Notes: generated by a model from the letters alone, not told the origin. 64,000 bases of DNA from Bdellovibrionales bacterium (GCA_020628165.1 JAHDFM010000006.1:31303-95302), one strand, 5' to 3'; counted from the first letter of the stretch, positions 28,999 to 38,054 are shown. A program made the numbers and translations.

Positions 28999-29077
28999 AA
29001 AAAGAATCCAACACGCCCAGCACAACCCGCCTGTTTTAAGCGACTAAAAAGAGTTAAAAATTAAAAAACAGGCTTAT

Positions 29078-29170
29078 TTCTATCTCTGCGAAGAAACATT
29101 CATCCATTCCCGCTTCCGGCGGAGCAACGGCTCTAAGGGAATGGATGAATGTTTCTTCGTAGAGATAGAA
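29078..29170. repeat. Inverted repeat with 34-nt arms and a 25-nt loop
   Basis: Arms at 29078-29111 and 29137-29170 are complementary at 33/34 positions; the single exception would be a G:U pair in RNA. Lies between convergent genes. Confidence 0.85.
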
Positions 29171-29195
29171 TGCAATCTCACAAAAATAAATGAAC

Positions 29196-29771
29196 TCACA
29201 AGATAGTCCGCTTCAAAACAGGAATGTGCCCCGTTTCGCCGACACTCTTAACAACAATTTTCCCCTGACTGCTCACTTTAACAATAGATAAACTGCACTC
29301 AAAGATCTCAAAATTCGACCAGGCTTCAATGGGAACTCCAAGGCACTTACAAATAAAGTAGCGAATGATATTGCCGTGACAGATAAGAACTTCATGTTTT
29401 TCTGTCTCTTTTTTGTTAGGCGCGAAGAAAACATTAAAAGCTTGATCCATGCGTTCCTTGTCCATTTTGATTTGCACCTTGTCCAATTTTTTTTGTTTAA
29501 TAAGAGGAGCAGGAACATAGGGAAGCCCTTCTTTTAAAAGGTGATGACTCTTGAGTTGTAAGTTAGAAAACTTTTCAATGACAGAAAGGGCAGTTTCTTT
29601 GGCTCTTAACAGTGAGCTTGAGTGAATTTTATCAACGGGGTAGTCAGTTAAACGTTTAGCGATGCAGTTGGCTTGATAGTGCCCTAAGCGCGTGAGAGAG
29701 CCGTAGGTGTCACTGTCTTTGTCCATGTCATACTGACCATGTCTAACAAGATAAATATATTTTAGAGCCAC
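29196..29771 (-). CDS. Histidine phosphatase (SixA/PGAM) family protein
   Basis: LVRHGQ catalytic motif and a downstream CHGN. Confidence 0.85.
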   Translation of the reverse strand: MALKYIYLVRHGQYDMDKDSDTYGSLTRLGHYQANCIAKRLTDYPVDKIHSSSLLRAKETALSVIEKFSNLQLKSHHLLKEGLPYVPAPLIKQKKLDKVQIKMDKERMDQAFNVFFAPNKKETEKHEVLICHGNIIRYFICKCLGVPIEAWSNFEIFECSLSIVKVSSQGKIVVKSVGETGHIPVLKRTIL

Positions 29772-29960
29772 GTTGCATTCACCGGTTTCTTTCCTTTACT
29801 TATGTTACTGATCGGAAAAATACCTAGAGTTGTAGAGAACTTACAGCACAATCTAGACATAGGTCTGCGCATCCGTTGTAGAAAATCTAATCAAATAGAC
29901 AGTGACAAAATCATGCAATAAAATTAAAGAGTTATTTTAATTAGAACAATAGGCGATACA

Positions 29961-31487
29961 TTGCACACTCTAGGTACCACAGCACTTAAAATAATAATTA
30001 CGTTCACTTTTTTTATTCCTGTTTTGTCTCAATCTGAGCCATGGTTGTCTAACCGATTTGCCCAAAACTGTGCTGGTTGCCACGCCCCTGGACGTTTAAA
30101 TTTGCCGCCCAAAAGAAGACGCTGCACACTATCTTGTCAAGGGTGTCATGTGAACCCCAATGGTGGTGGGATGCGTAGTGATTACGGCAAGTGGACACAA
30201 CAGCGTTGGTTAAAAACATTTCATGTTAAAGGTTATAAGTTTAGCAAAAACGCTCCTGCTCCCGACTTTGCTCAAGATTACATGAGAAAAAGTAAAAATT
30301 TAAAATACTCAAAACGCAGTAAAAAACTTCGCAAGAAAAATAAAAAAAGAAGAAAGAAAACAGCTAAGAAAAATTTAATTCCAAAAATGTACACAACCAC
30401 GTCGTTGGATCACAAAGAAGAGCATTACGATCACTTTTCAAATTCTGACTGGCGCAAGATCAACGCCACTTCAATGAAACAATTTTTAACCAGAGTTCCT
30501 GCAGGAGACCCGTGGAGAACTGAAAGAGCGGAGCTAGTTACTGCGGGTACGGACCTGAGATATTTTTTTGGTTCAGTAACAGACAACAATGATGACAACC
30601 CTGAAACACAGTCGACGGATTTAAATTTATTAATGGCCGCTGACATTGGAGTGCGCTTGAAGCCTGTGAAAGAGCACTTTTCATTGGTTCTTGAAGGCCG
30701 ATTTTTAGGCTACCCAGGACAAAATACGGGGCTTTTGGAGCCGTTCAACAACGGTGCGGCAATTAGGTCTGCTTATGTGTTTTCAGACAACTTACCTTAC
30801 AACACTTGGTTCATGGCAGGGAAGTACCGACCCAACTTTGGGTACTACACTGCCGACCATGATTCTTTGATAGCAGATCTATCAGGAATGAATCAGTTTT
30901 CAACTTACAATGCGGTAGGTTTTGGTGGATCACCGAATGTTCCGTTCTTTGATATGCATTATATATTTAAAAAAGAATCAACAAGAGGAGATACCTTACA
31001 AACGGGTGGTTCCTCCGTGAATTTCGCTGAAGAAAAAGGTTTTAACGTCAATGTTGGTGGTCGCGCGATCACTCTTGGTTTGAGTGGTAAGTTATCATAC
31101 TGGGCTACAAAATTAGATTCTGGTGAAACACGAACGATGATTTCTGCCATCGGTGGAGCTAAGTGGAAGCGTCTTGTTGGTAATTTAGAGTTCTTAAGAT
31201 GGGCTGTAGAAGCCCCGTTAGAAACAGCAGGCAATGTCACAACTGTTGATTTAAAATATAGAGCATGGCGAGAAAACTATTTATCGTTAGTCTACTCGAG
31301 TGCCAACACCGGTGACAAAGGGCACCCTGGTAGTGCTTACGAATACACATTAGGTGTAAAAAGCTATTTACTTTCCGGCGTAAAGATGGAGCTCATGTAC
31401 AAAAACAGAATCTCCGACACCACCAGTAACACTGTCGATGACGAAGACATGACAACCTACTACCTACAACTACACACCTACTTCTAA
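29961..31487 (+). CDS. Predicted outer-membrane beta-barrel with an N-terminal 2xCXXCH module
   Basis: TTG start and signal peptide. CAGCH and CQGCH motifs within aa 37-63. K/R-rich insert. C-terminal beta-strand-like periodicity ending ...YYLQLHTYF. Confidence 0.7.
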   Translation: MHTLGTTALKIIITFTFFIPVLSQSEPWLSNRFAQNCAGCHAPGRLNLPPKRRRCTLSCQGCHVNPNGGGMRSDYGKWTQQRWLKTFHVKGYKFSKNAPAPDFAQDYMRKSKNLKYSKRSKKLRKKNKKRRKKTAKKNLIPKMYTTTSLDHKEEHYDHFSNSDWRKINATSMKQFLTRVPAGDPWRTERAELVTAGTDLRYFFGSVTDNNDDNPETQSTDLNLLMAADIGVRLKPVKEHFSLVLEGRFLGYPGQNTGLLEPFNNGAAIRSAYVFSDNLPYNTWFMAGKYRPNFGYYTADHDSLIADLSGMNQFSTYNAVGFGGSPNVPFFDMHYIFKKESTRGDTLQTGGSSVNFAEEKGFNVNVGGRAITLGLSGKLSYWATKLDSGETRTMISAIGGAKWKRLVGNLEFLRWAVEAPLETAGNVTTVDLKYRAWRENYLSLVYSSANTGDKGHPGSAYEYTLGVKSYLLSGVKMELMYKNRISDTTSNTVDDEDMTTYYLQLHTYF

Positions 31488-31532
31488 AAAAGTGGTCCGT
31501 ACTTTTTTGCGAAACGGTGTGTTAGTTTTTGG

Positions 31533-33008
31533 TTATGAGAAGAGCTCGTCAATGCGGCCACTAATTTCACCTTGAGTGTTTATATTTACACCCAAAGCTT
31601 TGAGAGCTGAAATAAATACCTTTGTTGGGTGTTGTTTGTTGGCGTTAAAGTGTTTTCCAGGCTTTAAACCGCCCATATTTCCCGAAACTAACATAATCAT
31701 ATTTTCAGCAGAGTGAGCATAGTGGGTTTCGTTGGCACTTTGATAAAATTTATCTGAATAATAATTTCGTCCTTTGCCAGCTTCACAAAAGTACACACCG
31801 ACAGTTTGATCATAAAGAGATCCGGTACCAATGTTAGTGTCTTTAAGTTTTTTAATTAAACTGGCATACATATTAATCTGCCAAGCATGGGCTTTGTGCA
31901 ATGCCTCGATGTTTTTTTGTGATGATGAACACGCGGACCCACAACCATGAGTTAGGTTATGAAAATCTGTGTAAACACCAGTGATGGGGCCTGCATTTAA
32001 CCATGGGTGGTTATATGTTGCGACTAAGTTCACCACATTATTAATTCCACAGGACATAGCCATGTAGGCGAGATCAACTGCGACTTTAGCGCGCTCGATT
32101 TCATTGGAATAATTTTCATTCCCGCGAACTTGCTGGCCTCTTTCATTGCGCCACTTATTTATGTCTAAAATATTCCCTCTTGCTTGGTCAGGGCCAGGGT
32201 CTTTCATTTTATAACAGCTTACAATTTCTTTTTGATCGATATTGCTCAACTGAGTTTCTAAGTCTCGCAGTGAAGAGATGTGTCGATCCATTTTAACTTG
32301 GTCTGAACGACCAAGTTTTTTCTTAAATTGATTAAGGTCGTCTTTGACTAAGTCTAAAACTGTACCTCTTTTTTTAAATTCAAATAAGCGACGTTGTTCT
32401 TGAGCTTGATCACTTGAGCTAACATTGCTAACTAAGTCTAGATAAAGTTTGTGAAGGTCAGTTTTGGGCATGAGCTTCACTTTTTTCTTTATACTGACTG
32501 TAGATGTTCCACCAGTATAACCTGAAGCTTGCACACCAATTGTTAGTGGTGTTTTACCACCTGTGCTGTTGGCAAAAATCACATCGGGAGAGTCATAAGA
32601 TTTTATTGCATCAGTTTTAACCTTGCGGCTTCCACTGAGTTGGATGGTATGACAGTTTCCGTGGATGTTAGAAACCCCACCGGGCTTATCTTTGTAAGGC
32701 ATAAATAAATTGGAGGCTATTTGTACAAGGTTACGCACTCCGTGGTCATTGAGGGGTTGCAATGAAATTGGCAAATTTGTTCCAATCGGGCCTGTTGAAT
32801 AGGGCATGAGTACAGGGTCTTTTTGAGACTTATGCCCTGAGGCCAAAGCAATGCCTGAAAAAACAGTGAAGTAATTTTTGGGAATCGCCGAGCCTTGAGC
32901 AAAAGCTTCCCCATGACTGTTTAACATGAGATCTAATATAGGTAGCTTTATTGCTGTTGAATAAAGTCCTCTTAAAAATGTTCTACGGTCTAAAAAATGT
33001 TTTTTCAT
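31533..33008 (-). CDS. DUF1552-family protein with Tat signal
   Basis: MKKHFLDRRTFLRG twin-arginine signal (an internal ATG of the listed ORF). Its start is 1 nt after the upstream stop. Family-typical C-terminal tail. Confidence 0.85.
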   Translation of the reverse strand: MKKHFLDRRTFLRGLYSTAIKLPILDLMLNSHGEAFAQGSAIPKNYFTVFSGIALASGHKSQKDPVLMPYSTGPIGTNLPISLQPLNDHGVRNLVQIASNLFMPYKDKPGGVSNIHGNCHTIQLSGSRKVKTDAIKSYDSPDVIFANSTGGKTPLTIGVQASGYTGGTSTVSIKKKVKLMPKTDLHKLYLDLVSNVSSSDQAQEQRRLFEFKKRGTVLDLVKDDLNQFKKKLGRSDQVKMDRHISSLRDLETQLSNIDQKEIVSCYKMKDPGPDQARGNILDINKWRNERGQQVRGNENYSNEIERAKVAVDLAYMAMSCGINNVVNLVATYNHPWLNAGPITGVYTDFHNLTHGCGSACSSSQKNIEALHKAHAWQINMYASLIKKLKDTNIGTGSLYDQTVGVYFCEAGKGRNYYSDKFYQSANETHYAHSAENMIMLVSGNMGGLKPGKHFNANKQHPTKVFISALKALGVNINTQGEISGRIDELFS

Positions 33009-33009
33009 A

Positions 33010-34692
33010 TTACTTCCAAACAATTTGTTTAAATTCGTTAGACATAATAATGTCGCGAATTAAATTTTTGTAACTCCCATGAAGAGTAAAACTTCGTTGC
33101 AATGATTTTAAATAAACGGGGTTCACTTCTTTAGTATCAAAGCCAAAAGCAAATAAACTGGCTTTTTCAACGAGGCAATTTTGCACAATAGTTCTTTCGT
33201 TATAAAGAGCGTTACTAAAACCAATAAGACCTGTGAACTTGCCAATGTTGTAAATCTCGCCTTCACCATCTATTTGGCAGGACTTATCTAAGTGTTCGAC
33301 AGTGCGGTATTGTCCTAGGTGGTTGAAGTTTTCTAATCCGAGACCAATGCCATCCATTTTTATGTGGCAGCTTGCGCAGGCAGGGTTCGTCATTAAAGCA
33401 AGATGACTGTCTTTCTTACATTTGCCACCGTTAGTTGGTGGCGGAAGTTCATCGAGGTCTACATTTGCAGGAGGCTGTCCAATTTTATCACAAAGAAGTC
33501 CTTTGATAAGGTTATAGCCTCGTTTACTTGGGCTAGAATCTCCAATCTTAGGAAAAGCTGACAAAAATGTAGCGTGAGAAAAAATTCCCATGCGTGGTTG
33601 ATTGGTGGTTTTGTAATTGATTTTATAAAAATCTTTCGACCCCTGTGTTGGAAAGCCATAATGTGCGGCAAGGGCATCATTCACATAGGTATAATCTAAT
33701 TTTAACAGATCGATCCAACTTTTGTTTTGATCTATGATGTGTTCTTTTAAAACCTTCTGAGTTTCCTGAATGGCATTCACTGCAATGACCGGGGGCAATT
33801 GCGATTGATAGTAACCAAACCACATAGAATGAAAATTTAATAGCTGGCGAGTGGCCTCAGGCTTATCAAACAGGCGTTCAATTTCAAAAGCAAGCGTAGA
33901 TGAATCCTGCAAGCTATTGGTGAGCGCTTTGTCGATGAGCTGACTGTCTGCTGGTGCTCCTGTGATTAAATAAGACATTTTGTTAGCAAACTCAATATCA
34001 CTTAAGGTGTATACAGTTCCGCTTACACTGCCTGATCCGTACTCTGTATATACAAACCTTGGAGACTGAAAGGTGAACATTAAAATAGAGTCCACAGCAG
34101 TATCAAAATTTCCAGATTCTTTTGAAAGCTCTATGGCCTTTAAGTTGAGTTGGTTGGTGGTTGAACTTGCTGGACGAGTTGTAAAGGCTTTATCAAACAC
34201 GTTGCTAGTGATTTTTGATAAACAATTTAAGTCAGTTGCGCTTTGGGGGTTACAGACAAAGACTTCTTTTTTAGCTTGATCTGATTTAAATATCTCTTCA
34301 CTCAACCGACGAGCAAAAAACTCAAGGTTATTAATTAGGTTTTCAGAAATAATTTGATCTTTGATAGTATTATTAAAAGGAGAGAGTGTTTCTTCACCTA
34401 AAAAGGACTCTACATTAATGTCGATTTTGAATCCAACTTTGATTTTGTTGTAAAGCTCATTATTAGTAAGCTTTCTGAAGCTAGTTGCTGGCATGACCCC
34501 TTCAGGTGCATTTTTAAAAGCAGGACTGTCGCCTCCGCCAAAGCTTCCATCTGAGCCGTCACCAAATCCACCGGTGTCACCATTGGTTGCGAAGTCTCCG
34601 TTAGCAATAAAACTAGGGGCACAGTTATTATAGGTTCCTATAATAAGAAATAATAGTAAGAAGTGTGTAATGTGTTTTTTCATCGCTAACAT
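33010..34692 (-). CDS. DUF1588/DUF1592-type protein with a single CXXCH motif
   Basis: 560 aa with a signal peptide and NPACASCHIKMDGIGLGLENF. The pairing with a downstream DUF1552 gene is the usual arrangement for these families. Confidence 0.8.
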   Translation of the reverse strand: MLAMKKHITHFLLLFLIIGTYNNCAPSFIANGDFATNGDTGGFGDGSDGSFGGGDSPAFKNAPEGVMPATSFRKLTNNELYNKIKVGFKIDINVESFLGEETLSPFNNTIKDQIISENLINNLEFFARRLSEEIFKSDQAKKEVFVCNPQSATDLNCLSKITSNVFDKAFTTRPASSTTNQLNLKAIELSKESGNFDTAVDSILMFTFQSPRFVYTEYGSGSVSGTVYTLSDIEFANKMSYLITGAPADSQLIDKALTNSLQDSSTLAFEIERLFDKPEATRQLLNFHSMWFGYYQSQLPPVIAVNAIQETQKVLKEHIIDQNKSWIDLLKLDYTYVNDALAAHYGFPTQGSKDFYKINYKTTNQPRMGIFSHATFLSAFPKIGDSSPSKRGYNLIKGLLCDKIGQPPANVDLDELPPPTNGGKCKKDSHLALMTNPACASCHIKMDGIGLGLENFNHLGQYRTVEHLDKSCQIDGEGEIYNIGKFTGLIGFSNALYNERTIVQNCLVEKASLFAFGFDTKEVNPVYLKSLQRSFTLHGSYKNLIRDIIMSNEFKQIVWK

Positions 34693-34905
34693 GTCTATAA
34701 ATTACTTTACATTAAGTTATCGTATAACCATGGAAAAACATTAATATTTCTCAAATTGAGATGACTTGAATTTATAAAAAAATGACACTTCCAAAATTTT
34801 GTAAACTATATATTCACTTTGCTCTTCGAACTCACGAAAGAGTGTTTCAATTTGATATACAAAAAAGTAAAGTCATGTTTAAAATAAATAACTGGGGAGT
34901 AGAAC

Positions 34906-35577
34906 ATGAAGTTTTTCTTTTACACATTTTTAATTATTTGTTCATCTTATGCTGTTGGCACATTTGCTAATACTACTTTAATTGAGGGCACAAAAGGCGA
35001 TGAAAGTAAAAAAGAATCGCTTATACAATCACGAAAAATTATAGAACAACAAAATGCACAGATTAAAAATCAACAGAGAGTATCGATAATAAACTCAGCA
35101 AATGAATCCTTAAAAACATCTTTCCAAGACGAAAACACCACTCAAACTGAACAAAATAAAGATAAATTTTTAAACAACAGTTGTGTTCAAGATGCCTGTG
35201 AGTTTATATCAGGCTCATGGTGTGCCGACGAATCAAGACAATTGAATCTTGCCATCGAATGCAACAAAGTCAAAGCTAAAGGCTGTCTGCGCTCAGTTTG
35301 TCAAAAGCTAGGTCCTTTTGATTGTGACGAAAACAAGGAAATTGTTGGTGTGCTTTCATTGTGTCAAAAAAACATTCAACCGAGTTGTTTAAATCTTGTA
35401 TGTGATAGTTCAGGTCCTTTTGCATGCGACCAGTTCAAAGAATTACAAAAGGTGGCAAAAACCTGTGAAAACACAAGTTCAAGCTGTCTTGCGCTATCGT
35501 GTCAAACGAGAGGCCCTTTTGCTTGCAACGAAGCTCGTGATTTTGAGAGCTTAAGCAAAGAATGCAGCATGCAATGA
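34906..35577 (+). CDS. Secreted cysteine-rich repeat protein
   Basis: Signal peptide and SD GGGGAG. Four tandem units of about 33 aa with spacing C-x4-C-x6-C-x12/13-C; three carry GPF(A/D)C. Confidence 0.75.
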   Translation: MKFFFYTFLIICSSYAVGTFANTTLIEGTKGDESKKESLIQSRKIIEQQNAQIKNQQRVSIINSANESLKTSFQDENTTQTEQNKDKFLNNSCVQDACEFISGSWCADESRQLNLAIECNKVKAKGCLRSVCQKLGPFDCDENKEIVGVLSLCQKNIQPSCLNLVCDSSGPFACDQFKELQKVAKTCENTSSSCLALSCQTRGPFACNEARDFESLSKECSMQ

Positions 35578-35709
35578 GTCTAATTTTTTCACCTTAATGC
35601 TAATTTTTGAAATACAAACCATAAATATTTAAGTTTCGCCTATAATAACTATTCTTAATAGACGTTGTTCTCAGTTTCAGATATTCAAACTTAATTGGGG
35701 GGATGTTCA

Positions 35710-37230
35710 ATGAACTGGAATGATGAATTTAACCGTTTTGTTGGTCACTATTCAAAATACCAAGACTTATCTGGCAGAGATCAGCCAGCTGAGAATTTCA
35801 TTAAGTTTATAGACGCAGATATTGGTCGAAAAGTGGACTTCAACCGTATAGCTGTTCATCACATGGTTATTCCTGCATATAGTCGCTCATCGTCCCCACA
35901 TGCAGAAAGTCATGAAGAAGAATTTGTTTTAGTTCTGCAAGGTCAAATAGATTTGTGGCTCAATGGATTTATTTACCCTTTAAAAGAGGGACACGCCGTT
36001 GGTTTTCCGGCAGGAACAGGTATTTCACATACATTCATCAATAACTCTGACCAAGATGTTCAACTTATTGTTGCAGGTGAAAAAACCAAGGATGAGAATT
36101 TATGTTATTTTCCAATCAATCTGGAGTTCAAAGAGACTTGTGGTATTTGGTGGGAAAATGCTCCTCGACACCAACTAGGTTTTCATGATGGTAAACCTAA
36201 AAAAGTTAAAAATGATGAACTTGGAAAAGATAAACCAGGCTGTGTTGTTTATTGCCCTGAAGTTAGAATAGGTGAATCATTTCATTACCCAAGTGACAAC
36301 GAAACCTTTGGTGAGGGTTTTAGAATCACTGACAAGGTTGGTTTAAAGGCTCTTGGCGTAAATTACGAGCACTTGCCACCGGGCCGAAGGAGTGCCTTCC
36401 CTCATGCTCATACCCATGAAGAGGAGTTTGTATTTGTCATTAAGGGTAAGCCAACTCTTTGGATGAATGGATATACGAAGACTCTTGAGGAAGGGTGCTT
36501 TGCTGCATTTCCATCAAATACCGGTATTTCTCACGCAATTATTAATGAGACTGAAGAGCCGGTAGAGTATTTGTGCATAGGGGAAACTGCAGACTTTCCT
36601 GACGAAAAAATTATATACCCATTCAATCCATTGAGAAATAAAGAGTGCGATCGCAAGGGTTGGTTTTGGAAAGATGCCCCCAAAGTGGAATTTGGAAAAC
36701 ATAACGGTCAATCAAAAATACCTTTTCAAGGGCATCTCAAACTAAGGTTAGTAACCAAGGAAAATGTAGACGAAGTTCATCAAATCTGTAAGGACTTTCC
36801 TCAGTACTTTATTAAAGTTGAAGGCTGTGAACCAACAAAGGAAATGACTTTCAAAGAAATTGTTGAAAAACCTAAAGAGCAAAGCCAACAATACTTTAAA
36901 GAGTTTTTGATTATTGAAGCTGAAGGTCAAGCAGTTGGTGTTGTTGATCTTCATGTAAATCATCCTGAACAAGAAACATGTTATATTGGTTTGCTGCTTT
37001 TAAAAGAGAGTTTACAAAGAAAAAGGTTAGGAACTCGAGCTTATAAATTTATTGAAAATTATATTAAAACAGCTTTGTCGTGTGAGAAAATAAAGTTGGG
37101 TGTGTCAGAAGAAAACGATGTTTCAATTTTTTGGCAAAAGTTTGGATTTAAGCCAAGTGGTAAAACATATAACTGGCATGGTGAGAAAAAAACTGCAAAG
37201 GTCATGGAGTTTCAAAAATCACTCAATTAA
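35710..37230 (+). CDS. Bicupin-GNAT fusion protein
   Basis: Two cupin cores (HAESHEEEFVLVLQG, HAHTHEEEFVFVIKG) followed by a GNAT-like tail (QRKRLGTRAY). ATG preceded by GGGGGGA. Confidence 0.8.
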   Translation: MNWNDEFNRFVGHYSKYQDLSGRDQPAENFIKFIDADIGRKVDFNRIAVHHMVIPAYSRSSSPHAESHEEEFVLVLQGQIDLWLNGFIYPLKEGHAVGFPAGTGISHTFINNSDQDVQLIVAGEKTKDENLCYFPINLEFKETCGIWWENAPRHQLGFHDGKPKKVKNDELGKDKPGCVVYCPEVRIGESFHYPSDNETFGEGFRITDKVGLKALGVNYEHLPPGRRSAFPHAHTHEEEFVFVIKGKPTLWMNGYTKTLEEGCFAAFPSNTGISHAIINETEEPVEYLCIGETADFPDEKIIYPFNPLRNKECDRKGWFWKDAPKVEFGKHNGQSKIPFQGHLKLRLVTKENVDEVHQICKDFPQYFIKVEGCEPTKEMTFKEIVEKPKEQSQQYFKEFLIIEAEGQAVGVVDLHVNHPEQETCYIGLLLLKESLQRKRLGTRAYKFIENYIKTALSCEKIKLGVSEENDVSIFWQKFGFKPSGKTYNWHGEKKTAKVMEFQKSLN

Positions 37231-37315
37231 AAAAAATCTCTAAAAAAAGTTTGTCGCGTAAAATTAATTAAATTAGATTTTTGCTTTTGAAATTATTTGA
37301 GCCATTTAGAATAAA

Positions 37316-37391
37316 TGGCTCAGGTGGAGGGACTCGAACCCCCGACAAGGTGATTAACAGTCACCTGCTCTACCAACTGAGCTACACCTGA
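37316..37391 (-). tRNA. tRNA-Asn (anticodon GUU)
   Basis: Hand fold: acceptor TCAGGTG/CACCTGA, D-arm GCTCAGTTGGTAGAGC, anticodon loop CTGTTAA, encoded CCA. Confidence 0.9.
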
Positions 37392-37465
37392 ACGGATTTA
37401 TATAATTAGATATTTACGCAATTATTGTCAAATGAATGTTTTACCAAACAAGTGTTCAGCCGAAT

Positions 37466-37957
37466 TTAATTTATAATTTTTTTGAGGTCTTTAAGGGCTT
37501 GAGCAAGCTGTGGCGATTCAAAATAACGCTCTTTCCATTTATAGATACTAAGACCTTGGCCCTTCATAAAGGTGGCCTGTTTGCCACTGATAAATTGAAT
37601 GCCTAAGAGATTACTATAGACAGAGCCAATCGGGCGCTCATCAGTAAAATGCACAGTAAGTCGGCAGTACTCGCTGAACCATTTTTCAACGGCGATGGTG
37701 TTGAGCTTTCTTTCCTGAACGCCAACTTTAGCGTACCAGTCTTTGTCTTTTTGAAAGAGAGTGATGCTATCGTTAACTAGTAATTTTTCAGCGCGCGTGT
37801 CGCACCAAGTTAAAAAGCTTTTGTTTTGGCCAGGTAACCCAAATAAGTGATTTATAGATTGTGGTAGCCCGTCATTTTTTAAGCAATACATAGCGTAAGC
37901 ACAAAGGCAGGTACCAAGAATAAGGAAGTTGAGTTTTACAATGAGGTTTACGTTCAA
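37466..37957 (-). CDS. Hypothetical signal-anchored protein
   Basis: The listed ORF runs into tRNA-Arg. The TTG at 37957, with GGAG 5 nt upstream, avoids the overlap and keeps the hydrophobic N-terminus. Confidence 0.5.
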   Translation of the reverse strand: MNVNLIVKLNFLILGTCLCAYAMYCLKNDGLPQSINHLFGLPGQNKSFLTWCDTRAEKLLVNDSITLFQKDKDWYAKVGVQERKLNTIAVEKWFSEYCRLTVHFTDERPIGSVYSNLLGIQFISGKQATFMKGQGLSIYKWKERYFESPQLAQALKDLKKIIN

Positions 37958-37977
37958 AACATCTCCAAAGTAAAAAA

Positions 37978-38054
37978 TGGCACGCCCGGAAGGAGTCGAA
38001 CCTCCGACCACTTGATTCGTAGTCAAGTACTCTATCCAGCTGAGCTACGGGCGC
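37978..38054 (-). tRNA. tRNA-Arg (anticodon ACG)
   Basis: Hand fold: GCGCCCG acceptor, GCTCAGCTGGATAGAGT D-arm, anticodon loop CTACGAA, TTCGACT T-loop, encoded CCA. Confidence 0.9.
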
